Assembly: GCA_019057815.1 (NCBI GenBank)
Contig: JAHLWR010000002.1
Coordinates: 1 to 64,000 of the forward strand
Origin: Candidatus Heimdallarchaeota archaeon
GTDB taxonomy: Archaea; Asgardarchaeota; Heimdallarchaeia; Heimdallarchaeales; Heimdallarchaeaceae
Direction: 5' to 3'
DNA: 64,000 nucleotides
The notes under the pieces were generated by a model that was given only the letters and a program-made list of their open reading frames with translations, was not told the DNA's origin and did no database searches. This document shows positions 1 to 8,953 of this stretch, piece by piece. Every line of letters starts with the position of its first letter. Position 1 is the first letter of the stretch. Made by a program: the position numbers and the translations under genes.

Positions 1-383
1 CTTTGAAGATTTACACCCTTGACAACTATCCTATTCAGTATGCCATGACCATGAATAACCTTGGTAATACTTACTTGAATCTAGCTGATGTTCGAGATAA
101 AGAAAACAATCTAGCTGAAGCTATTCACGCGTTTGAGGAAGCTTTGAAGATACGTACTGTTGACAACTATCCTCTAGATTATGCCATAACAATGTACAAC
201 CTAGGAGTAACATTCTATAAACAAGCTGAGGAAAGTGATAAGAAATTAAATTGTATGAAAGCTGACAAAGCCTTTCAAAACTCCTTAAAAATCTTTACTG
301 TTGAAGCTTTTCCAGATTATAATAAATTAATAAATGAAGCTCTTAAAGATCTTTCTGAACTCTGTCAAAATTATAAAGACTAA
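1..383 (+). CDS. Tetratricopeptide-repeat protein, C-terminal part (5' truncated by window edge)
   Basis: Repeated TPR-like units 'YPIQYAMTMNNLGNTY...AIHAFEEALKI' and 'YPLDYAITMYNLGVTF'; frame is open at the window start. Confidence 0.85.
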   Translation, partial: LKIYTLDNYPIQYAMTMNNLGNTYLNLADVRDKENNLAEAIHAFEEALKIRTVDNYPLDYAITMYNLGVTFYKQAEESDKKLNCMKADKAFQNSLKIFTVEAFPDYNKLINEALKDLSELCQNYKD

Positions 384-413
384 AATCTCCTCTTTATTCT
401 TTTTTTCTAATCT

Positions 414-922
414 TTCTATAGACGATTTTTATTATTGAATCTCTCTCACATTTATTATATTGGTCATCCTTGTGGTGCTAGCTCTGACGATTCTTTTCAT
501 CCTAATATTGCTGCTTTTGTTAATACTCTTTAAGAGGAAGATATGGTAAAAAACTTCTTCTCGGTGAGATTCAAGAGTGCTATAGTAAAACAGTTCAACA
601 CTCTTACCTTTCTTTTGGTTGTTTCCACTGTGATGCTATTTTTGGAGACTTTTATGTCTTTTAAGAAGTTGATAATTGGTTCTATCCTGATAAGATTCCT
701 AAAGACCTTTTTGTTGTTGATTTACCTCCTGATATTATCGAAATTCTTGAGAAAGATAGAGCTAAAAGAAAACAAGAATATTTTGATAGTCTTTCTAATG
801 AAGATTTTGAAGATTCCGACAATGAGTTTGTAGATAGTAAAAGAGCTTGTAGAGTATTTTTTAGTAGAGGAATTCAAACATATTTTGATCATTTTTTTGA
901 TACTGATAATAATGATGATTGA
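414..922 (+). pseudogene. Degraded Zn-binding hypothetical gene (motif like the C-terminus of CoiA-like proteins)
   Basis: Frame not in ORF track reads 'SHIYYIGHPC...' then, after a stop/frameshift near 530-540, 'GEIQECYSKTVQHSYLSFGCFHCDAIFGDFYVF*EVD...'; in-frame TAA 662-664, end TGA 920-922. Confidence 0.5.
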
Positions 923-1024
923 TTTTTTCTTAGGTTTTTCTGTGAACTATTTTTGTCGGAAACTTGAGAATTTCTTGGTTTTAGACCCCAGTTCTATTTT
1001 CTGTGATTCTTTAACTTATTTTTC

Positions 1025-1180
1025 TAACTCATTCCTTCCGTCAGTATTTTTCCTACTGCTCTTGTCGTCATCATGAACGTTTTCTTCAATTCCTCTTGTT
1101 CATATATCAGTTCATATAAATTCTTTAGCGATATCTCTCTCTTTTTCTCATCCACTATCTTTATCTCTATCCCCCCATCC
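1025..1180 (-). repeat. Copy A of a ~156-bp direct repeat (frameshifted paralogue of the 3' half of ORF 10075-10392)
   Basis: Aligns to 10076-10230 with 10 substitutions and a 1-nt indel (C6 vs C5); encodes 'IEIKIVDEKKREISLKNLYELIYEQEELKKTFMMTTRAVGKILTEGMS*'. Confidence 0.9.
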
Positions 1181-1577
1181 CCTTCTTCTCTTGTTTCTTC
1201 TTCTAATTATTACTTCTTCTCCTTCTTCTGTAACTATTTCCGCGTTTATCTCCTCCCTACTCTTACAGAGCTAAAAATCTCCCTACCATCTTTTCTGTAT
1301 TTTCTTTTTCTATTTTTTCTAAATTCTCTTTAATCTTCCTAGAATCCCCCCTTTCTTCTCTCTCGAACATACACCACTATGATAAAGGGATGATATTGAA
1401 AATTTAGTGAAAGAAGAAAACTAGCTTTGTGATTTTATCAAAAACGTTGTAAAAGAAGACTCCTTCTATTAGAGTTAGCACTGTTATTTCATTAAAAGTA
1501 TTATGGCGGAATGTTAAATTGGGTTTAATTAAAAGAAACAATATCCAGTAGAATTATAAACTTAGAAGTCTGTTTTT

Positions 1578-2318
1578 TCAGTTTTCTAATAAAATATTAT
1601 TAGTGTTTGTTTTTATGGTTGCTCTAATTTCATCTTTACACCTATTTTTTATCTGTGCAATCTTTTCTATTAGCTTGGGAATAATGGTTAAATAATCTTT
1701 ATTCTTACAATATGGATAATCGGTTTCTGTTAAAATCTGAGAAAGAGGACAATTTTGTATCAGATTTTTGCGAGACAATGCTGGAATATCATCAACATTA
1801 ACAGAAATGAAGTATCCTTGTTCAATTATTCGCTCTAACTCATCCATAGTACCATTAAAACGATGAAAAATAACTTTCTTGAAATGAAACGATGATAAAA
1901 TATCCAATATAGAAGAAAACAAAGATGGGGCGTGAAATTGTATCACATGCGCAGAAGAGAGATTGGAAAGTATCTCATATAAGTAGGTTTCTTGCTGGTT
2001 CATTGGACACTTAGAATTCTTATCTAATCCAATTTCAGATATTACATCTACACTTTCCATTCTACTGAATAAAATTCTGGAGAAATGATCAAAATAGTCG
2101 TAGTTTTTTGGATGAAAACCAAGACCTACGGATAAAATAGAACCCAATCTAGTACTAATTCTTATAGCTTCTTCATAATCTAAAAAATCTTCAGTAGCCA
2201 AGATAATGCCGATAGACATTTGTTTAAGTTTAGTGAGAAATGATTCATCAAACAACATTTTGTTCAGACAAGTGTGTAAATGACTGTGAATATCATAAAA
2301 CTTATATTTTGTGAACAT
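1578..2318 (-). CDS. qatD: TatD-family nuclease, QatD-like
   Basis: TatD motifs DIHSH, SEIGLD, IFH, ETDYPY; likely start ATG 2318 (MFTKYKFYDIHSH); adjacent to qatB/qatC-like genes. Confidence 0.8.
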   Translation of the reverse strand: MFTKYKFYDIHSHLHTCLNKMLFDESFLTKLKQMSIGIILATEDFLDYEEAIRISTRLGSILSVGLGFHPKNYDYFDHFSRILFSRMESVDVISEIGLDKNSKCPMNQQETYLYEILSNLSSAHVIQFHAPSLFSSILDILSSFHFKKVIFHRFNGTMDELERIIEQGYFISVNVDDIPALSRKNLIQNCPLSQILTETDYPYCKNKDYLTIIPKLIEKIAQIKNRCKDEIRATIKTNTNNILLEN

Positions 2319-2355
2319 ATTAATTCGCCATACAATTAATTGATAAGGGAAATCT

Positions 2356-2748
2356 ATGGGTACCGCTTCTAGGTCTGCTCCATTGAATGATAGCAAATAT
2401 AAAAGAATTTCTGAAGAGATTCGTTCTTCTATAAAAGAAAAGAATTATGCAAAAATGGCAGATAAAACAATAGATCTTGCAGCTAATTTGGCTGGTGTAG
2501 GAACAATATATGATGCAATTAAATCTGGAATTGCAGGTTATAAAATGTATCAAAAGACAGGATCTAAATCCGCAGGAGCAATGGAAGCTGTAAGAACATT
2601 TGCTAAGGAGGGTATTACATCAGGATTAGCAGAGGGAACGATGGCTGCGATAGGAGGAACTTTTTTGGGAAATAATATCGGCCTATATGCAAAAAGAGCA
2701 GCGACTTGGGCAATAGAAAAGAGCTATTCAAGATTAATAGGTGATTAG
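2356..2748 (+). CDS. qatB: QatB-like protein, N-terminal part
   Basis: N-terminus MGTAS resembles the MGTS start of QatB; Gly/Ala-rich helices; upstream of QueC-like gene; ends in TAG immediately followed by in-frame ATG. Confidence 0.6.
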   Translation: MGTASRSAPLNDSKYKRISEEIRSSIKEKNYAKMADKTIDLAANLAGVGTIYDAIKSGIAGYKMYQKTGSKSAGAMEAVRTFAKEGITSGLAEGTMAAIGGTFLGNNIGLYAKRAATWAIEKSYSRLIGD

Positions 2749-3057
2749 ATGAAAGAATTAACTTTAAATCAAATAGTCCAATCTGTTGTTGAAAACTATT
2801 TGAAGAATCTTACATTAGATTTAATTAAAAGAAACTTTACAGAAGAATTTTATAGCATTGAAGAAACAGAGGGTGATCCCTATAAGATACGTAAAAACAT
2901 TGAAGATTTAGTGGCAGAAACTGCAAAAAAAATTGCTTCAAAAATAGTGAACAAATTGAATGAACAAGATATTAAATCCATTGAAGACTTTGAAAAAAAT
3001 GAAAATGAACAAAAAATAAGAAAAATAATTGCAGATATACTAAAAATAACCAACTAA
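2749..3057 (+). CDS. QatB-like protein, C-terminal part (same frame as 2356-2748)
   Basis: ATG directly follows TAG 2746-2748; helical 'ELTLNQIVQSVVENYLKNL' resembles the QatB C-terminal half; fused length 233 codons. Confidence 0.55.
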   Translation: MKELTLNQIVQSVVENYLKNLTLDLIKRNFTEEFYSIEETEGDPYKIRKNIEDLVAETAKKIASKIVNKLNEQDIKSIEDFEKNENEQKIRKIIADILKITN

Positions 3058-3075
3058 TAAACGGAGCGGAGCTGA

Positions 3076-4446
3076 ATGGTTCAAGGATACCTAAAAATAT
3101 ATCAAATACTTGAGAGTAAGAATAGAATAGAAATACAAAAACTTATTTCAGTTGAAAGTAAAGGAAAAAAAGAAGTCATTCTGTCAGATAAGGGGATTGA
3201 TCTTGTTAAATATGGCGCTTATCTGTACTATTCAATCAGTTCTGCTTTCGATGAGCAAGAATTTTCAGTATTCTTTTGTAATGATAAATATTTCCAAAAA
3301 ATACAAAGCATAACTCAGGAGTTAATATATTTCTTTAATGGTTTTACAGATAGATTCAAACTGAGAATAAAGCCTATTAAATATAATAAGGAGATTATTG
3401 AAAATAATCAAAAATATGATAAAGTAATATTATTTTCAGGGGGATTAGACTCACTTGCACAGACAGTGAGAAGTATTGAAAATAGAGAAAAGATACTGCT
3501 ATGTTACACAAATCATAATACAAAAGTAACAGGAAATGTAAGAAAGCTAGTATCAGAACTGGAAAAAATGTTCAATATTAGATTAGATTTGGTGAAGATA
3601 AATTATTTGGGAATTAGATGTAAACATGGAAAAGAGCAAGGCATAATAAACAGTAGAGCGGCAGCATATGCTCTTAATGGAATAGCAATAGCTGATTCAG
3701 TAAATGCAAAAGAAGTAATTATACCAGAAAACGGTGCCATTGCAACATTACCTAAATTTGATATTTCAATAGAACCAACAAGAACAGTATCACCCTATTT
3801 AATGGAAAAAATAACTAATATTGGTTTTGATTTAACGGGTATAAAGCTATATGATTCATTAGCAAAAGAAACTAAAGCTGATGTAGTTAAAACCTTGAAG
3901 GGCAGGGAAAAACTCATTCACCTTTCCTATTCATGTACTCACCCAGGTAGACGTGATAAATTAAAGAAAGGCGAATTGCGAGATATTGGGAATTATCATT
4001 GCGGAACATGTTTAGCATGTTTTATAAGAATGACAGCTTTATTGGCTGTTGGAATTGATGAAAATAAAGCATTGTATAAACAAATGCCAATGGATTTTCA
4101 AACTATGTCAGAAATTTCTAAATACAAATATAAAAATAAATTTTATATATTAATTTCATTACTAGATTATTGCTATGACATTCTAGAGAGCACAAAAATA
4201 AACGAATTAAATCATTTTATTAGAAGTACAATAGAACTAAATCAAAATAGTCATTTCTCAGAATTTGAAGATTTAGATATATTATCCCTTCAGAGATCAT
4301 TTGCACTGGATATTTTAATAGGAATTAATGAATATTATAGAAAAAATAATCTTCATATGCAAAATTTTGTATTAGGAAAATCAATAAAATATCTTCTTGC
4401 AAAATTTGAGGTCCAATTAAATAACAGAAAGAAAGAATTAGATTAG
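3076..4446 (+). CDS. qatC: QueC-family PP-loop protein, QatC/Cap9-like
   Basis: PP-loop 'LFSGGLDS', 'IPENG', Zn site 'SYSC...HCGTCLACFIR'; 456 aa with N- and C-terminal extensions, about twice canonical QueC. Confidence 0.8.
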   Translation: MVQGYLKIYQILESKNRIEIQKLISVESKGKKEVILSDKGIDLVKYGAYLYYSISSAFDEQEFSVFFCNDKYFQKIQSITQELIYFFNGFTDRFKLRIKPIKYNKEIIENNQKYDKVILFSGGLDSLAQTVRSIENREKILLCYTNHNTKVTGNVRKLVSELEKMFNIRLDLVKINYLGIRCKHGKEQGIINSRAAAYALNGIAIADSVNAKEVIIPENGAIATLPKFDISIEPTRTVSPYLMEKITNIGFDLTGIKLYDSLAKETKADVVKTLKGREKLIHLSYSCTHPGRRDKLKKGELRDIGNYHCGTCLACFIRMTALLAVGIDENKALYKQMPMDFQTMSEISKYKYKNKFYILISLLDYCYDILESTKINELNHFIRSTIELNQNSHFSEFEDLDILSLQRSFALDILIGINEYYRKNNLHMQNFVLGKSIKYLLAKFEVQLNNRKKELD

Positions 4447-4662
4447 TTTGATTAAGTTAAATTGTGTGTTAACTATTAGAAAGGTTTCTTCCACTTTTAC
4501 AAGTATTGGTTTGTTCTACTGTTACATACTTTTTTGGACACCAGTATACCAAATACCTCTCTGTTCATATTTCAAAAGTTTGAACAATTTATCCAAAGTT
4601 CTGAAAAATTATTATGAAGGGGGAATTTGAGGAGGTTAGAAAGGAAAAGAGTAGAAATAGAA

Positions 4663-5676
4663 TTAAACATCACTCTTCTCAAACTTAAATTTCTTAAGAG
4701 ATTTCAACCAAAGATGTCCTGATGATGTCTTACTTAAATCCTTAGTAAGATTGATTAATTCTTGACTATTATCAATTTTTTCACATGAAGCTCCTGTTCT
4801 CTTATAGGATAAGTTTCCAACAAGAACTGGTTCTTCGCTTTTTGCTATTAGAACAATTAATGCTTTCTCTCCGTTAGTATTGGTTAGAATTCGATATTCA
4901 ATATCTTTGTTTGATATATCCTTAAGATTAGTGATAACACGATTTCTTATTTTGTCAGGGGGGTTATCAAGGTCATACAAGGTTCCGTCATCATTAAATC
5001 CTATACAAAGGACACCAGAAAAAGAGTTACTTAAACAACTAACTATTTTCCTCACATCATGAATTTCATCACTACTCTTAAACTCGAGTTCAAAATCCTC
5101 TGAGCTTGAAGCAGAATGGTGAATCCAATTGAGAATATCTTCATCTGTATAATGGCTTTTAAAGAACTGTCTATCCAATCCCAAATACTTACCAAAATGA
5201 AATGGTTCTTTGAAAAACTTCTCTCCAAAAGGGGTAATATTTACAAAATCAGGTAAAGAATCGGATAGTAGGTTATTATGTCTTATATATTCAATATAAC
5301 CTATAGAATGTGCAAAATAAATCGCTATAATAAACTCATTTAAAGGGATCTTTGCTTTAGTATAGAAGTTTTTTAGATCATCCATATTATAAGAGATTTT
5401 TTCTTTTGAAAAAAAGATGTTTAAAATTGATACAAGCTCATGAATTCTTCCACATGAGTAAAGAATCTCCATAGCAGTAGGTGAAAAAATATAATATTCA
5501 AGACCAAGTAAATTTCTTGGCATATAAACAAGTTCAACTTCTTCTAAGGAACGAAATAATCTCCATTCTTTTGGAGAAGATGGTTTGAATTTGAAACACC
5601 AACTTCCCTTTTCTAACATGGAATCATATAGTTTGGTTAGGAGTATCATTTGATCTTCAGTTATTTCTAATTTCAT
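4663..5676 (-). CDS. Schlafen/AlbA_2 domain protein with unknown N-terminal domain
   Basis: C-terminal 'EDFELEFKS...SCLSNSFSGVLCIGFNDDG...YKRTGAS'. Confidence 0.8.
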   Translation of the reverse strand: MKLEITEDQMILLTKLYDSMLEKGSWCFKFKPSSPKEWRLFRSLEEVELVYMPRNLLGLEYYIFSPTAMEILYSCGRIHELVSILNIFFSKEKISYNMDDLKNFYTKAKIPLNEFIIAIYFAHSIGYIEYIRHNNLLSDSLPDFVNITPFGEKFFKEPFHFGKYLGLDRQFFKSHYTDEDILNWIHHSASSSEDFELEFKSSDEIHDVRKIVSCLSNSFSGVLCIGFNDDGTLYDLDNPPDKIRNRVITNLKDISNKDIEYRILTNTNGEKALIVLIAKSEEPVLVGNLSYKRTGASCEKIDNSQELINLTKDLSKTSSGHLWLKSLKKFKFEKSDV

Positions 5677-5873
5677 CAAAAGTAGTTAGTTATAGAGTTT
5701 AAAAAGAAAACGTTGGAAGCTAGCCAAAAAAGATGAGTGGGTAGGAATGAAGAAAATATGGATGCTAGTTTAAAATCAAAGGAATTTTGTGGGAGTGGAT
5801 TCAACATCCTCTTTTTATTTAACTCATTTATTTGGTTTTATTGAAAAGATTCCAAGTAAATTGATAACATAGT

Positions 5874-5883
5874 CTTTATAAAG
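5874..5883 (+). promoter_or_regulatory. Putative TATA box for the cloverleaf RNA/NYN transcript
   Basis: CTTTATAAAG about 25 nt upstream of the first stem base (5906). Confidence 0.5.
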
Positions 5884-5903
5884 TTGTAAGAAAAGAATCT
5901 AAT

Positions 5904-6004
5904 GTCTCATAATTTCATGGAGCAATGTCAAAAGAAGGCATTGACTAACTAGAAATTTCTAGTAGATAAATGCAATCTAAACTTGCATCCATGGAGTTAT
6001 GGGC
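5904..6004 (+). ncRNA. Putative tRNA-like four-way-junction RNA (leader or standalone ncRNA) upstream of NYN gene
   Basis: 16-bp closing stem 5906-5921/5988-6003 plus hairpins 5923-5943, 5945-5965 and 5971-5987; all non-Watson-Crick pairs are G-U on the + strand. Confidence 0.6.
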
Positions 6005-7165
6005 TTTATGTTTAGTGGAGTGGTGTATTTGTCTTTAGATAAAGAAAGAACAATTATTGCCAAATCTTCCTATCCTCAACGTGCAGCTGTGATAATAGAT
6101 GGAGGATATTGGGATAATATCTTAAAATCTATTGGGAATCCAGATATAAATCTTGTTAGATTATGTGAAGATTTGTGCAATCCTGCTTATAGAATGAGAA
6201 CTTATTATTTTGATGGTAGTACAGAAGAAAGACAACCTTATTTTGATCACTTACAATTATATGATAGATTCGATGTTATATTAGGAGATGTAGCAACAAA
6301 AAAATTTCAATGTTCTTACTGTTCTAAAGAATCTGTCATTTATGGTCAAAAAAGAGTTGATATGCTTCTTGCAGTGAAGTTAGGGCATTTAGCCTCCACA
6401 AAACAGGTAGATGTGGTTATTTTAGTAGCAGGAGATAAAGATTTTCTCCCAGTCGTTAAAGTAGCCAAGGATGAAGGTGTAATAATTCGTTTAGCCTATT
6501 CAAGATTTCCTAAAGCAAATGTAGCTCCAGGTTTATATCAAAATGCTGATGAAAGGATACATTTGACAAAGAAATTTCTAGATAAGTATAAGAAACCTGA
6601 AAAAGTCAAAGAAAAAGAAGAAAAAACTAAAACAGAAGAAAAGAGGGAGAAAAAAAAGAAAGAACCAATTAAAGAATTTGATAACAAAACTACTCAAAAA
6701 TTAGTTGAGATACTAGCTGAGTTAATGAAAAGATATAGGGTACCTGTTTTTAATACGGGTGCATTTGGTGATCATCTTAAACAGATACAGTTTCCAATTT
6801 CATTTAAGATGCGAGAAATTGATGAATTAACAAATGGGAGAATAAAAACAAAATATCAAAATAATACTCTACATATTGAGATTTGTGAAGAGGATATGAA
6901 AAAAATTTTGCCGAATTTTGAACCTAGCGAGGATCCAGCTGTAACATTACTATTAGTCTCTCTTGAGGAGTTATTAGATGAAAAAGGTAAGGAATTTGTA
7001 GTTCACTATGAACTTGCTGAAAGATTATTCGTAAAAGAACCAGAATGGAAACAGAAATATGAATTTAAGGAAAAACATGCTTTCTCCTGTTTATTGAACT
7101 GGGCTTCAGAATTCATAGATGTAAAGAATGTCGCTGGAGAACTATTCATCGGATTGAAAAAGTGA
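5999..7165 (+). CDS. NYN-domain (LabA/DUF88, PIN fold) ribonuclease with C-terminal extension (possibly OST-HTH/LOTUS-like)
   Basis: 'AVIIDGGY', 'QKRVDMLLAV', 'LVAGDKDFLP'; true start may be TTG 6029 after GGAGTGGTG. Confidence 0.85.
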   Translation: MGFMFSGVVYLSLDKERTIIAKSSYPQRAAVIIDGGYWDNILKSIGNPDINLVRLCEDLCNPAYRMRTYYFDGSTEERQPYFDHLQLYDRFDVILGDVATKKFQCSYCSKESVIYGQKRVDMLLAVKLGHLASTKQVDVVILVAGDKDFLPVVKVAKDEGVIIRLAYSRFPKANVAPGLYQNADERIHLTKKFLDKYKKPEKVKEKEEKTKTEEKREKKKKEPIKEFDNKTTQKLVEILAELMKRYRVPVFNTGAFGDHLKQIQFPISFKMREIDELTNGRIKTKYQNNTLHIEICEEDMKKILPNFEPSEDPAVTLLLVSLEELLDEKGKEFVVHYELAERLFVKEPEWKQKYEFKEKHAFSCLLNWASEFIDVKNVAGELFIGLKK

Positions 7166-7201
7166 AAACAGATTGTTACATCAATAAAAGAATAACCATA
7201 A

Positions 7202-7423
7202 TTAGAAAAATTGGTCTAAATCTGATTGCTTCTTTTTTCTCATGAAATCTTTAAGTTCATTATTTTTCTGGTCGATGAACCATTGTTTGATTCTTCTATT
7301 GGGAACAACAACAGATTTAGGAACCCATATGGCTTGATCAGTGAAATTATCAATTATAGCAAGAGAAGCTTTCTCAGTCTCATGATCAACTTTACCTAAG
7401 CGATAATTAGAATATTCACCCAT
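7202..7423 (-). CDS. Small hypothetical protein (ETEKA...WVPKS motif, virus/MGE-like)
   Basis: 73-aa ORF from ATG 7423; motif recalled from small phage proteins. Confidence 0.55.
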   Translation of the reverse strand: MGEYSNYRLGKVDHETEKASLAIIDNFTDQAIWVPKSVVVPNRRIKQWFIDQKNNELKDFMRKKKQSDLDQFF

Positions 7424-7529
7424 ATTGAGAAAGTTGAGGTCTTTCAATATAAAAACATCAAAAAAAGCAATTCAGTTTCTCTTCAATACTGCGAAAAAAG
7501 ATATAAGTCATTATTACTTAAAATCATTT

Positions 7530-8363
7530 ATGATAAATCAAAAGAGATTAGAGGTTTTAAAAAGGCTTGAAGAGTTAAAATATCAATCAACTGTTGAAAA
7601 AAAGATAAAACTTCGCATCAGGAAGATACATGATTCATCAATTAAAACCGAGTATATCCAAAACCCCCCTACATGTTTTACCAGATTTACAGCAAATTAT
7701 AGAGAAAATATTAAATGTCTAGAAGAAATAAGAGTTAGTCTTAAATCTGCAAATCCAAAGATAAATATGCCTATTATACTACCAGAAACAGAAGAAGAAA
7801 TAAAAGAACTAGCATTAAATGTTGTTCCTTATTTCTCTCAAGGATATGAATTGTATAAAACCTCTTTAGACATGGACATAAACTCAAGTCCAATTGTTGA
7901 ATATTATGCTCTACTTCAAATAGTAAAAGGTGTTATATTGCTAGAATTAAATCCTATTGAAGATAAATTCTTCAATGCACATGGATTGGAACATGCTAAT
8001 AATGTTGAAACAGAGCATGTATATAGAGCTAAGCCAAAAACGTTTGGAGTATTCGCAGCCTTGTTAATACGTTGTACTGACTATCTAGTCAAAGAAGATG
8101 GAAGCAAAACATTTGCTATGGATTATTATTATAACAATTATAATCCTTCTTTAAAGGACATGATTAATGACCAACGAATCTCGCAGATTCCAGAAGCATT
8201 TATTTTTACTTGGATACTCTCAGAATTAGCTAGATACCAACCAAAAAAGTGGGAACAGATATGGGATGGGAAGAAAAATAATTGGATTATTCAAATTAAC
8301 AGATTTAGAGAAGAAAAGTTACCTATGGTAATAAGGAATTTGATTATTTCACATATTGATTGA
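7530..8363 (+). CDS. YaaC-like protein
   Basis: 'YFSQG.ELY', 'SPIVEYYALLQ', 'HGL', 'LSELARYQP..W' pattern; likely start ATG 7530. Confidence 0.7.
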   Translation: MINQKRLEVLKRLEELKYQSTVEKKIKLRIRKIHDSSIKTEYIQNPPTCFTRFTANYRENIKCLEEIRVSLKSANPKINMPIILPETEEEIKELALNVVPYFSQGYELYKTSLDMDINSSPIVEYYALLQIVKGVILLELNPIEDKFFNAHGLEHANNVETEHVYRAKPKTFGVFAALLIRCTDYLVKEDGSKTFAMDYYYNNYNPSLKDMINDQRISQIPEAFIFTWILSELARYQPKKWEQIWDGKKNNWIIQINRFREEKLPMVIRNLIISHID

Positions 8364-8392
8364 AGTATGTTAAACCAAAGTAGGTTTTGAAA

Positions 8393-8953
8393 ATGGATGA
8401 TGAAAAGAAAATTAGAATTATTGATAAAATAATAGAAATTAACTCAGAAATAAATAAATTTTGGAAAGAATCGCAAGGTTGGGCACCAATTAGCGCAGCT
8501 AAGTTACTAAGTAAATCAAGACTCGATAGACAGGTATCGTTAGTGCACTGTTTAAAGATATGGATAGAAGAACAAGATCTAAACAAAAAGGATGGTAGTC
8601 TTATTCTTGCTTGGACTAATCTTGGAAGTCTTGTAGAAGGAACTATGAAGTTAGTTCTTTCTATCTGGTATGAAACCTATAAGAAAGACATTAATGCAAT
8701 AAAGAAAAAAGGGAAACTAAATGATCCTGACTGTTTACCGCTTGAATCACTTAAGCAATTTTATAAAAAGAGTATTTGGGAACCATGGAAAAAAGAAGAA
8801 TGGAATGATTTTGTAGAACATATACAATACAGAAGAAATGCTATTCATTCCTTCAAACATAGAGAAATAGGAGATTTTGAAGAGTTTTTTTTATATGTTC
8901 AGAAGTATCTAGAGTTTCTAGAAATGATAAATAGAAAATTGCCATACCCTTAA
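8393..8953 (+). CDS. HEPN-domain protein (putative RNase effector)
   Basis: Rx4H motif 'RRNAIH' and N-terminal 'LGSLVE' helix; all-helical, ~186 aa. Confidence 0.7.
   Translation: MDDEKKIRIIDKIIEINSEINKFWKESQGWAPISAAKLLSKSRLDRQVSLVHCLKIWIEEQDLNKKDGSLILAWTNLGSLVEGTMKLVLSIWYETYKKDINAIKKKGKLNDPDCLPLESLKQFYKKSIWEPWKKEEWNDFVEHIQYRRNAIHSFKHREIGDFEEFFLYVQKYLEFLEMINRKLPYP

Noticed and set aside
543-1333. + strand ORFs 543-833, 885-1076 and 1073-1333
   Set aside because: Off-frame or antisense shadows of the pseudogene and repeat copy A; F/L/S-rich composition reflects pyrimidine skew.
3076-4446. Housekeeping queC
   Set aside because: About twice canonical length, no queD/queE/folE nearby, and flanked by TatD and QatB-like genes.
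5904-6004. Canonical tRNA gene
   Set aside because: 16-bp closing stem, no D-loop GG, no TTC, and a 4-nt loop in the anticodon position.
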